The position numbers were made by a program, and so were the translations under genes. From the UHGV virus genome UHGV-0391018: DNA of 33,836 nt. One strand, written 5' to 3'. A model generated the notes under the pieces. The model made no database searches. It saw only the letters and a program-made list of their open reading frames with translations, and was not told where the DNA came from. How positions within the stretch are numbered: the stretch's first letter is position 1; every line of letters starts with the position of its first letter. Below are positions 20,174-28,502 of the stretch, one piece after another. Source of the DNA: a virus.

Positions 20174-21466
20174 CTAGACGAGATATGTTTTTGTGAAGTA
20201 GTTTCCTGCATATCTCAATGTGTCGAGATAGTGGTTATATTTATCAATAGGTATTCCGTTGTCTTTCCTTACGTACATACCAATCTCTTTAATAGCATTA
20301 TAAAAATCATAGTCATTCTGTCCGGTATACAAAAATAGAACCTCTTTGGTTAAGAGATTCTGTACACGTTCGATTCCTACTTCAATTTTCATTCCATTGC
20401 TGCTGATCTTGTCGCGGCTATTATTATCTGCCGTATCTGTCATAATCCCTAACAGGTGCAACTCTTCTCTTAACGTTTTGCATGCTGGGTCGACAAAAAA
20501 ATAATTGAAATGTGGATAATTCCACTTAATGTAACACCATTCTTTAAACAGTTTGATATCTTTCGCATAGGTGCTCATGGCTTTCACAACGCCTGTATCA
20601 GCCCCGCTGTGGTAATAATTTGCCAATTGATACAAATAGTACTGCCCGCTATCAAACGTCACTAAGCAGAATGTGCAGGTCGTAGCGTCCGATTGCCCGC
20701 TATCAGCAACAAAGAACGTCTCGATAGGTCTTCCTTTAATTGTGTTTGTCATGTGCTTATCAGTATCAAACATCGAATAGATGACACCTTCCGGCATGAC
20801 TCGCTCACCATTCCAGTCTCGCTTAAGTAAATAGTCTGATGTTTCACACTGTTGCTTCCACATCTTCAATCGTTCGCCTGTCAGGATTGGGTTATCAGTT
20901 GGGCGCCAGTGCCTAAAACGATAGGTATTTGTTTTCTCGAATTGATCCAATAACTCAAGGTTTGGATGATTGGGAGCTGGCGGGTTTTGTTCCCCTAAAT
21001 GAAACCGCATCTTACTGGCTAATGTCCTTCTAAACGACTCAGCAATTACCTCTTTGTTAAGCAGGTTGAATTCCAAAAAGGTAACTGTGCCAAAAGACAT
21101 ACCAGTGATACTACCAACGGCGTTTACTTTTCCTCCACCTTTGTAGTAAATCCGCTTTTCATTTCCTGTACCAAAGTTAATCCAAAGATGATCGCCATTT
21201 TCGTCATGTCGGATTTCTGAATTGTTTTTGAATATGTTCATCAAGCCAAAGCCTTCGCCGTCAATAAACATTCGATAAGCTTGCTCTTGGTTATAAGCCA
21301 ATATTAGATGATCTCTGTCTGGCGACTTGGCATAGATACGAGCCATTTTAAATATGTCGCTCATTGTTTTACCTGATCGAATCGTGCCCTCATTTAATTC
21401 GAACTCAATGCCTTCAATGTCAGAACTAATATTTTCTACTTGCTTAGGGCTAAACTTTATCGGCAT
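20174..21466 (-). CDS. terL: Terminase large subunit.
   Basis: It is about 430 aa. Its N-terminal segment ...IRSGKT... is read as a Walker A-like ATPase region. Its position follows TerS. Confidence 0.8.
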   Translation of the reverse strand: MPIKFSPKQVENISSDIEGIEFELNEGTIRSGKTMSDIFKMARIYAKSPDRDHLILAYNQEQAYRMFIDGEGFGLMNIFKNNSEIRHDENGDHLWINFGTGNEKRIYYKGGGKVNAVGSITGMSFGTVTFLEFNLLNKEVIAESFRRTLASKMRFHLGEQNPPAPNHPNLELLDQFEKTNTYRFRHWRPTDNPILTGERLKMWKQQCETSDYLLKRDWNGERVMPEGVIYSMFDTDKHMTNTIKGRPIETFFVADSGQSDATTCTFCLVTFDSGQYYLYQLANYYHSGADTGVVKAMSTYAKDIKLFKEWCYIKWNYPHFNYFFVDPACKTLREELHLLGIMTDTADNNSRDKISSNGMKIEVGIERVQNLLTKEVLFLYTGQNDYDFYNAIKEIGMYVRKDNGIPIDKYNHYLDTLRYAGNYFTKTYLV

Positions 21467-21986
21467 CTATATCACTCTCCACAATAGGCAGATTAACCAA
21501 AGCATCCAGGAGTTCGTTTTGTTGGGCGTTCTCTGACAATTTATTTGCTTTGTCTCGAAGAATGGCTGCCTCTGCTTGAGCTTTTTCGAGCTGTGCTTTT
21601 AACAACGGACTAGCATATTTCAAGAACAAATCAATTGCTTTTAATCTGTTTTCTAAATCCGGGGTATATTCGTATGTCATATCTTTAACGATTTTATTGC
21701 CCTCTAAGTGGTCTATTTGTTTGCTACGGCTAATTATCGTTTTTCCGTCATATATATCCAAAAGACTATTCAATTGTTCTTGTACATCCGTATTTCGCTT
21801 TTCAATGACGGGCGCTACCTTGCTAGCTATATACTCCACGACCTTAACATTTCTTAACAGTCGACTTGCTGTCGCTTCAGCGGTTTTTTTGCTGTACCCA
21901 GCTTTGATGGCGGCTTGAGTTGCATTACCACCATTAATAATATACTCATCCGCAAAAGCTTTTTGTCTTGTGGTTAAGTTTGCCAC
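21450..21986 (-). CDS. terS: Terminase small subunit.
   Basis: The N-terminus MANLTTRQKAFADEYIINGGNATQAAIKAGYS is HTH-like and typical of TerS. It overlaps terL. Confidence 0.75.
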   Translation of the reverse strand: MANLTTRQKAFADEYIINGGNATQAAIKAGYSKKTAEATASRLLRNVKVVEYIASKVAPVIEKRNTDVQEQLNSLLDIYDGKTIISRSKQIDHLEGNKIVKDMTYEYTPDLENRLKAIDLFLKYASPLLKAQLEKAQAEAAILRDKANKLSENAQQNELLDALVNLPIVESDIDADKV

Positions 21987-22004
21987 ATCAACGCCACCAC
22001 CTCT

Positions 22005-22256
22005 CTATATGTATTTGCTGATGTTCTCTTGGGTATGTTCGTCTTTCCAATAACCGTACCCACAATAGACTAGCTTGCAATGATTAATCTCTACTGGCGT
22101 TGCTTCTCTGGTCATTTCGACAATTGAATACTTCGCCTTCATTTGAACAGACATCACTACACGTTTACGTTGTCCTTTCATTGGCTTCGGATATTTATTG
22201 TTTAATGACACATACCAGTAAGTTTTCATTGTTCTCAATTCCTTTTCTTTACCCAA
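22005..22256 (-). CDS. Hypothetical basic protein upstream of terS. The likely ATG start is at 22229, giving ~74 aa.
   Basis: The track start is a TTG. An internal ATG has an AAGGAA RBS. Confidence 0.4.
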   Translation of the reverse strand: MGKEKELRTMKTYWYVSLNNKYPKPMKGQRKRVVMSVQMKAKYSIVEMTREATPVEINHCKLVYCGYGYWKDEHTQENISKYI

Positions 22257-22327
22257 TAAGCATTGCAGTGCTACAATTTAGTCAGACAATCCTTTATAAA
22301 AATTGTTTTTCCAACTTGACCACTGCG

Positions 22328-22358
22328 GAAACTGTGGTCTTTTTTATTGAAAACTCAC
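22328..22358 (+). terminator. Plus-strand terminator-like hairpin, antisense to the late operon.
   Basis: GACCAC-TGCGGAAACT-GTGGTC followed by TTTTTTATT. Confidence 0.4.
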
Positions 22359-22395
22359 AATAACAGTGCTAATATTTTGTTACTTGTTACACGGA

Positions 22396-22430
22396 GGACT
22401 ATTGCGGAAACAGTAGCCCTCTTTTTTGTG
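22396..22430 (+). terminator. Second plus-strand terminator-like hairpin sharing the TGCGGAAAC loop motif.
   Basis: GGACTATTG-CGGAAA-CAGTAGCCC followed by TCTTTTTTGTG. Confidence 0.35.
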
Positions 22431-22432
22431 TT

Positions 22433-22461
22433 CAAAATAAAAAGACCGCCGAAGCGATCTT
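22433..22461 (-). terminator. Strong minus-strand intrinsic terminator with a UUCG tetraloop, ending the structured RNA element.
   Basis: Minus strand: AAGAUCGC-UUCG-GCGGUCUU followed by UUUUUAUUUUG. The G-U pair exists only in the minus-strand RNA, and the plus strand would have a C/A mismatch. Confidence 0.6.
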
Positions 22462-22900
22462 GATTATGTATTAAGCAACCTACATAGCACCGTCATCGTG
22501 CTGATCCTCCACGTACCACTTCTATCCTCGGTTGCATTAATTGACGCGGCCAGATTCGAACCGACCTCATTTCCAACTCTAACAGTCAGACGCATCACCA
22601 ACGATGCTGCACGTCAACTTGGAGGAGCTACCTCCTAGCATGCTGCTTAAGATTGCTTTTTCCCAACAGTAGCCCTGGAAAAAGATTAGTGGTCTGATTG
22701 CCTCACGCTACTGTTCAATCTCTAAGTCACTGGCAAGGAATCAAACCTTGCTCATCGGGAACGAGTCGTCACCTATCTATCCCTCAATAAGCTCCAACAC
22801 CCTACGTTTTTAGCATTGGCTACTTATGCGTTAATCCTTCCGCCACAGTGACATATTCGGCGGCACATGAACTTTAAACGAAATGAAGTTTTTCAACTCC
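22441..22900 (-). ncRNA. Large, highly structured non-coding RNA candidate of the ROOL/GOLLD ornate-RNA class, with an embedded tRNA-like T-arm/acceptor motif.
   Basis: There is no ORF of 60 aa or more on the minus strand across ~840 nt between ArpU and orf74. Many stems are G-U-containing and minus-strand-specific: GGUCGG-UUCGAAU-CUGGCC, GCAUC-GUUGGU-GAUGC, GGAGG-UAGCU-CCUCC, GCAAGG-UUUGAUU-CCUUGC, and GAUUG/AACAGUAGC...GCUACUGUU/CAAUC nested long-range stems. It ends at a UUCG-loop terminator. Confidence 0.5.
22871..22896 (-). promoter_or_regulatory. Candidate sigma-A promoter for the structured RNA: TTGAAA, 15 nt, TAAAGT, with an upstream A-tract.
   Basis: The minus-strand sequence TTGAAAaacttcatttcgtttAAAGTT is preceded by ACACAAAAAAAATAAAAG. 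Confidence 0.25.
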
Positions 22901-23092
22901 ATTCATCTTTTATTTTTTTTGTGTGCCGCCATTAAATCCACCAAGCTAGACGTATATATGTTAAGAGGTATAAGGAGAAACTTCATGCCAATAAAGTTAA
23001 GTTTGAGTCGTCTGCTTGGCGGATTAATCACATTTATTTCACGCTATCATAGTAACACTTTTAATGTACACTCGTGGCGCCACAAACGCGCC

Positions 23093-23605
23093 TTACAACC
23101 AATCAATTACAACATCCACTCCAAAGATAAATACTGATAGCTGTTCAACAGCTTTTTTTATCCACTTCCCTATCGTCCTTCGATCAACAGCGTATTTCGA
23201 AGCAATGTATTCATCAGCAAAACACTTAGGTAGCAAGTACTTCATGTTTAAAATATCATAGGCTCGCTCATCCTCTGCTTTTAGTTCAACTAAAGCCTTA
23301 TCAACATGTTTCATTAATTTTGCTGTTTTCGCCTTATGTTCTAGTAGACTATCTACATCAAAGCGCCAGTCATTCCACATTGAAGCGAAATCCTCTTCGA
23401 CTTGCTCCTCTACTATTTTGCAGTGAGTTTTTAATCTGTAGTAATTCCTCAAGAGCGTCCTTGTATTATGGTATGAATTGGACCTTAGCTCTTTTCGCCT
23501 TTGCTTAGTCGCTTCCACTAACCTAGCAACTACTTTCTCAGCGATCATATCTAGCTGAGATTCTGGCAGTTCATGTACTTGAATTTCCAAATCGTTTCCT
23601 CCCAA
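23093..23605 (-). CDS. arpU: ArpU-family late transcriptional activator.
   Basis: It is about 170 aa and lies immediately upstream of the packaging module. A sigma-70 region 4-like C-terminus is read in ...RRTIGKWIKKAVEQL.... The family is typical of Enterococcus, Listeria and Lactococcus phages. Confidence 0.65.
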   Translation of the reverse strand: MGGNDLEIQVHELPESQLDMIAEKVVARLVEATKQRRKELRSNSYHNTRTLLRNYYRLKTHCKIVEEQVEEDFASMWNDWRFDVDSLLEHKAKTAKLMKHVDKALVELKAEDERAYDILNMKYLLPKCFADEYIASKYAVDRRTIGKWIKKAVEQLSVFIFGVDVVIDWL

Positions 23606-23732
23606 TCAAATTATTCCCCAAAGTATTTGTTATACACATATTAACAGGTTTATCCACAATATATCGTGGGATCTTATTTTCGCATACAATATATTGTGTT
23701 TTACCTATGTGATAGGCGACGTTAGCGGAAAG

Positions 23733-23951
23733 CTAACTTTGTTCTTCAAATAGCTTGTTCATGTCTATTTCGCTAAACTTCTCTTTGATCCTGACCAATA
23801 TCTCAAAACTTGGCTTCCTGAAATCATTCTCCATTTGTCGGTAGTATCCATACGAAAGATTTAAAGTTTCGGCCATTTGACGTTGAGTCAATCCTGATTG
23901 CTGACGAAAACTCTTTAAATATTCCATGTCTACACCTCCTGGTAGAGACAC
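23733..23951 (-). CDS. XRE-family helix-turn-helix protein.
   Basis: The sequence ...SGLTQRQMAETLNLSYGYYRQMEN... forms an HTH. Confidence 0.55.
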   Translation of the reverse strand: MSLPGGVDMEYLKSFRQQSGLTQRQMAETLNLSYGYYRQMENDFRKPSFEILVRIKEKFSEIDMNKLFEEQS

Positions 23952-23955
23952 TCCC

Positions 23956-24336
23956 TTAAGCGTTAGTTACTGGCTTCACTGATAATACTTCGCGATATTC
24001 AGAACTAATACGTTCTTCAGCTTCTTTTTCATCAAGAGCGAATATGTTAATCGATTCTACTGGATTAGATGCTGTCAATATATTCGTAAAAGATACCTTA
24101 TACTGTTTCTCTTCTAAGTAATCGCCCTCATCCATCATGTCACTAACCCAAGATTTATCATCATTATCAAACTGTCCAATGAAGCTATCCTCAGAATCTT
24201 CATTGGGATTGTAAGCACAATATCTGATGGGAACAATTTCCAAACAATCTTCGTGATAGTATTTGTATTCAACTTCCACAATATCTTCAAACTGACGAAA
24301 GGTTTTATCGCAAATCGGACATTTTTTCATTGTCAC
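23956..24336 (-). CDS. Hypothetical protein with an N-terminal zinc-finger motif and an acidic body.
   Basis: It carries CPICDK...YHEDC and is strongly D/E-rich. Confidence 0.4.
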   Translation of the reverse strand: MTMKKCPICDKTFRQFEDIVEVEYKYYHEDCLEIVPIRYCAYNPNEDSEDSFIGQFDNDDKSWVSDMMDEGDYLEEKQYKVSFTNILTASNPVESINIFALDEKEAEERISSEYREVLSVKPVTNA

Positions 24337-24772
24337 CCTCCAAAACCATTATCGTTTCAATGTTTCCAACCGAGTAGCAAGTTGGATAGTATTTATATTT
24401 TTCAAACCAATTGATAATCAAGCTCTCTAGTTCACTTTTATGTTCTTCCAAAACATCATCCAAGTAATCCTCAGCGACATCCCCACATTGGTCATACACA
24501 CCTTCGGCAATTCCCTCTAGAATATCGCCAGCATCAATATCAAGACTTGGGCTAAAACACTGACCAACAGCAAAACTGACAATCTTCACATCTTCCTTGA
24601 ACCAATCACCGAGTATGTCTTCGATTTCTGTATCAGTGTTTCCCTGGTTCCACTGAGATATGACTTTTTTTCCTGCTTCAATAGCCGCTTCTTTTGTTTC
24701 AAAATATTCAGTAGACTTCCAAATATCACAGTCTGCAGACGGGGCGCAAACCCATTCTTTATCATGACTCAT
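24305..24772 (-). CDS. Highly acidic hypothetical early protein (155 aa).
   Basis: It is very rich in D/E and has no recognisable enzymatic motif. Confidence 0.4.
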   Translation of the reverse strand: MSHDKEWVCAPSADCDIWKSTEYFETKEAAIEAGKKVISQWNQGNTDTEIEDILGDWFKEDVKIVSFAVGQCFSPSLDIDAGDILEGIAEGVYDQCGDVAEDYLDDVLEEHKSELESLIINWFEKYKYYPTCYSVGNIETIMVLEGDNEKMSDLR

Positions 24773-24816
24773 AATAATTTCCTCCTTTATCTATGCAATC
24801 GCTTCGGTTAGCGGAT

Positions 24817-24996
24817 CTAATATCCATACCTCATTCTTTTTTCCAAGCGTCTTTTTAATGCTGGTTCTAAATCCTCAATAGTTTCAAACTTAGATTTGAA
24901 CTTTGTAGCCTCACGAAAGATTTGTTCTACAGAATACGGAAAACTGGGAGCCAATGAGATGGCTAATGAATGCATTGTTTGAAGGCTGATTTTCAT
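24817..24996 (-). CDS. Small hypothetical protein (59 aa), translationally coupled to the upstream gene.
   Basis: It has an ATGA overlap with the stop of 24993..25481 and a GAAGAGGTGG RBS. Confidence 0.35.
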   Translation of the reverse strand: MKISLQTMHSLAISLAPSFPYSVEQIFREATKFKSKFETIEDLEPALKRRLEKRMRYGY

Positions 24997-25481
24997 TCCG
25001 CCACCTCTTCAAGCGCTTTAATAGTATCTAGTCCGTATTTCCGCATCCATTGATAAATCGTTCCTTGGGACGCACCAAAATCTCGACTCGCTTTCTTCCA
25101 ACCGCCGCTTTTGTATGACTTTTCCAATTCTTCGGCAGTAGGAACCACTAGCTTTCTAAATTTTGGTAACTGGTGTTTGTGCCTCACATAAGCAAATATC
25201 TTACGATCAATCGTGTATACCTCATGAATCTGAGCTATTGTTTTTCCCTGTCTAATCATTTCAACTATTTTCTTCTCCATCCCTGGACGTTTGTTCAAAT
25301 AGTCCTGATATTTTTCTTTTTTCGATTTTGAGGAGTCGTCTTTGTCATCCGCTAATATGATTTTCATAAGCGTTTTATGCCTATCACTTTTTTCCCTGTC
25401 TAAATACCACTCTGGATCATTGATCAATAATAACAATTCGCTCCACGCCGCTTGTTGTTCTGGTGTTTTACGTCTACTCAT
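24993..25481 (-). CDS. Basic DNA-binding (HTH-containing) early protein.
   Basis: The C-terminal ...ASRDFGASQGTIYQWMRKYG... is an HTH. Confidence 0.4.
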   Translation of the reverse strand: MSRRKTPEQQAAWSELLLLINDPEWYLDREKSDRHKTLMKIILADDKDDSSKSKKEKYQDYLNKRPGMEKKIVEMIRQGKTIAQIHEVYTIDRKIFAYVRHKHQLPKFRKLVVPTAEELEKSYKSGGWKKASRDFGASQGTIYQWMRKYGLDTIKALEEVAE

Positions 25482-25491
25482 TTAACCCCTC

Positions 25492-25965
25492 CTAAAACGT
25501 CAGGTCATCGTCGCCGATGTCAATCGATGAACCACTAAAAGGATTGTTATCTCTACCAAAGTCAGGCACACTATTTTTATTTGATTGATCATAGTTGCCA
25601 TTTGAGTTAGTACTGGCGTTAGTATTCTGACGCTGATCACTCGCACTACGTGATTCAAGCAATTGGAAGTTCTCAGCAACTACTTCTGTTACATAGACAC
25701 GTTGTCCTTGCTGATTTTCATAGCTTCTTGTTTGAATACGGCCAATCACACCTAACAGCGTTCCCTTTTTAGCGTAATTGGCTAACGTCTCTGCTGACTT
25801 CCGCCAAATTACGCAGTTAATAAAGTCTGCATCTCTGTTACCATCTTGATTGGTAAAGTTTCTGTTCACTGCAAGAGTGAATGTTGCTACTCCCGTGCCA
25901 CTCGCTGTGTATCGTAAGTCAGGATCTTTTGTTAATCTCCCGACTAAAACCACATTGTTTATCAT
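25492..25965 (-). CDS. ssb: Single-stranded DNA-binding protein.
   Basis: It has an OB-fold N-terminus, a Q/N/G-rich linker and an acidic C-terminal tail DDDLTF. Confidence 0.9.
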   Translation of the reverse strand: MINNVVLVGRLTKDPDLRYTASGTGVATFTLAVNRNFTNQDGNRDADFINCVIWRKSAETLANYAKKGTLLGVIGRIQTRSYENQQGQRVYVTEVVAENFQLLESRSASDQRQNTNASTNSNGNYDQSNKNSVPDFGRDNNPFSGSSIDIGDDDLTF

Positions 25966-26921
25966 CCGTTTTCCTCCTTGTTTAGGTACTCCGCAAGTTT
26001 CCTATCTAGTTCAGCTTGCTTTTCTGGCGATATTTCGACGTTTTTAGGCGGTTCAGCAATGTGTGGGGGTAATTCTTCCACTCTACCTTTAGGCTTGTTG
26101 TAGGCTCTCTCTGGCTTTCTATTCGCTTGTCGAGCCATCACATCATACTTTTCGCGCAGTTTTTTGGCTGAAAGAATGTTGCTACTCCAAAACGAATCTT
26201 TTTGGCACCATTCAATCATTCGTCCAACCTTTCCTATATCTCTTTCATCAAGCTCAACCATTTTTCTAATATCATCCGCCCATGTTTGAAAATTCGGCTT
26301 TTTGATTGGACCGTTGTTATTGATCTTTTTGTATAGATGTTTGGCTAGTTGCAGATAAGGAGAATCATCATCGTAAATTCGCTTGCGAGATTTGCGACTA
26401 TCTTCTTTTATATCTTTCTCTTTATCTATTTCTATATCTATATCTGTTGCGTTAGGTTGCGTTACATCTAACGTTAGACTAACGTTAGAATTCTTCTTTT
26501 TCTCATAATGCCTTTTAGCACGTAGTCTATTTTGTTCCCGTATTTTCTCTAATCCTTCAACATTTTGATGTTTTTCCCAGTTCGTAATCGCTATGCTGCC
26601 ATCTGTATTCAAGTCAATCATGTTAAATCCTTCTAGCGTAGTAAGAGCTAGTCGAACTGTATTTACTGGTTTATCAAATAACGTTGCAAGCATTTCTTCT
26701 GTGTAAGGCATATTTCGCTGTATATAAATCAAGCCATCATCGTTTGTTTTTCCGGCTAATACAAGCAATCGTATCCAAATAACCAAAATGGCATCAGCTT
26801 CAGGAACCGCTTGGATGAGTCGAATCTTCTCATCATCAAACATAGTTGTTTTTAACTTTATCCAACTTATTTCTGCCAAAAGCCTACCCTCCAATGTGAA
26901 GCTTTTTGCGATCCTCATCAT
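25962..26921 (-). CDS. Replisome organizer (phage replication initiation protein) with the origin embedded in the gene.
   Basis: The N-terminal domain resembles phage replisome organizers. An internal iteron cluster lies at 26411..26490. Confidence 0.6.
   Translation of the reverse strand: MMRIAKSFTLEGRLLAEISWIKLKTTMFDDEKIRLIQAVPEADAILVIWIRLLVLAGKTNDDGLIYIQRNMPYTEEMLATLFDKPVNTVRLALTTLEGFNMIDLNTDGSIAITNWEKHQNVEGLEKIREQNRLRAKRHYEKKKNSNVSLTLDVTQPNATDIDIEIDKEKDIKEDSRKSRKRIYDDDSPYLQLAKHLYKKINNNGPIKKPNFQTWADDIRKMVELDERDIGKVGRMIEWCQKDSFWSSNILSAKKLREKYDVMARQANRKPERAYNKPKGRVEELPPHIAEPPKNVEISPEKQAELDRKLAEYLNKEENG
26411..26490. repeat. Putative phage origin of replication: an AT-rich TATCT tract plus tandem iterons GTTGCGTTAG x2 and the palindromic CTAACGTTAG x2.
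   Basis: The direct repeats were seen in the sequence. The location inside the replisome organizer gene is typical of lambdoid and Firmicutes phages. Confidence 0.5.
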
Positions 26922-27525
26922 TGAGTTTCACAAGTATAATCACGTATTTTTCCAAAAACTCCGTAAGACCTATTGTGTGTTGCTCACTGTGATGCCTCCG
27001 ACACAATGCCATAAAACGGTAATCAGAATGGTTGATTTTTCTTCGATTCCGTCCCATTCCTACCGTCTCAACATGTGCTACATCTGCTTGCTCTAAGCAA
27101 ATACAACAGCGACGATATTTCAAACACTGATAAAACCATGCATTTTCTTTAAGAAGATACTCATAGATTTTTGGCAGTGGTACATTATTCGCTAAAACAA
27201 ATTCGATTAAAAAATTGACCCATTGTCGAGCGGTCGACTTCGTTGCATTATGATGCTCGAACCATTCACCCGATATACCCATGTACTCGTATTTAAGATA
27301 TTGCTCAATAAATACTGGTATATCTCCACTCCAATGCGCTATATCTGCAATAAGCGCATGAGATAGCGCATTTTGCTTAGGAGAAATGCCGCGATTGTCT
27401 AACGCTGTGACACCCAAATAATTATCGCCGCCGTTTGCCAACAACCGTAAATACTCTTGATTGAATGCTTCTTCCAGTTCTATCTCTACTGATCTACCGT
27501 TCATAGAGACAACCTTGCCAATCAT
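26884..27525 (-). CDS. Conserved phage replication-module protein with a C-terminal Cys/His cluster (HNH-like / DUF968-like).
   Basis: It carries the cluster ...CCICLEQADVAHVE...NHSDYRFMALCRRHH.... Confidence 0.35.
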   Translation of the reverse strand: MIGKVVSMNGRSVEIELEEAFNQEYLRLLANGGDNYLGVTALDNRGISPKQNALSHALIADIAHWSGDIPVFIEQYLKYEYMGISGEWFEHHNATKSTARQWVNFLIEFVLANNVPLPKIYEYLLKENAWFYQCLKYRRCCICLEQADVAHVETVGMGRNRRKINHSDYRFMALCRRHHSEQHTIGLTEFLEKYVIILVKLNDEDRKKLHIGG

Positions 27526-28502
27526 TGCACCGGCACCACTTTAATGTTGTGATCCACGATATATTGATTTAGATCGTTCATTTGATCAATCGTTCCTGTC
27601 AACTGAAGAACAGCGGTGATCAGTTCTGGCGCAGTCGAAACAGCCTCTTCATTTGTCGCAATCAATTCACCAGTGTTTGGATCATAGAGAGCACCTGAGT
27701 CAGTTTCTTTTGCTTGTTGCATCGCCTGTTCTTCTGCAAGTTTCGCAAGTGCCGCATCATGTTCCTGTTTCGCGATACGTTGTTGCTCTGCTTGCTCATC
27801 ACGAATACGCTTATCCTCAACTGCTTGTTTTATTTTTTCGCGAATGTCTGCAACACTCCAACCTTGCTCAATCAAGTTGGACCAAGCGTATGGATCTAGA
27901 CCAGCAAGTTCTGCATAGTCAGTTACAGTTGCTTTATCTGCCGCAATCCGTTCACGTTCCATAGCGATAATTTTCATTTTATCCTTGATCTCATCAATGA
28001 TTTTCGGACGTACTTCACCTTTTGTGGTAAACGCTGACTTGGCAAGCCAGTTTGAATGAACTTCAACTACATTAGGTTCTACATTGAATAACTCAGCAAG
28101 TTTCTCCATTTCCGCTTGAATCTTTTCTAAGCGAATTGCTTTCTGCTCTTCATCGTACTTTTTGATTCCTTCGCCGATATCATCAGAGATTGTCGTAATT
28201 TTTTCGACGTACCCTTTCATGACGCTTTCAAATTGAGTTAGCGGTTTGGTGAACTCTCGCTTAATCTCTTTTCGTCGATCTTCCATAGCTTTGACGTATT
28301 TGTTTAACTGAGCATGAGCTTCTTTTGCTTCGGGGATATTACTATCCGAAAAGACTTGAGCGCCGTAATGCTCAGTAACTTGATTAATTAACTGATCCAG
28401 TTGGTCTTCATTTTCGATAGTGATCTTTGACGGCGTATAGTTTACCGCAAACTGAATATCTGTTACTGCTAGTCCATTTGTTGTCATTGTCTTTGCCCCC
28501 AA
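27522..28502 (-). CDS. DUF1351-like phage protein that accompanies ERF recombinases.
   Basis: It is ~326 aa, has a coiled-coil/acidic character and lies directly downstream of erf. Confidence 0.45.
   Translation of the reverse strand: MGAKTMTTNGLAVTDIQFAVNYTPSKITIENEDQLDQLINQVTEHYGAQVFSDSNIPEAKEAHAQLNKYVKAMEDRRKEIKREFTKPLTQFESVMKGYVEKITTISDDIGEGIKKYDEEQKAIRLEKIQAEMEKLAELFNVEPNVVEVHSNWLAKSAFTTKGEVRPKIIDEIKDKMKIIAMERERIAADKATVTDYAELAGLDPYAWSNLIEQGWSVADIREKIKQAVEDKRIRDEQAEQQRIAKQEHDAALAKLAEEQAMQQAKETDSGALYDPNTGELIATNEEAVSTAPELITAVLQLTGTIDQMNDLNQYIVDHNIKVVPVQ

Noticed and set aside
22100-22363. 87-aa + strand ORF over orf74 and the first hairpin
   Set aside because: It overlaps a better-supported minus-strand gene and runs through terminator hairpins. 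It has no RBS.
22257-22920. Alternative readings of the structured region as a group I intron, tmRNA or retron msr/msd
   Set aside because: No gene is interrupted. The T-arm/acceptor-like module is ~100 nt upstream of the 3' terminator, not at the 3' end as in tmRNA. No reverse transcriptase is present in the window.
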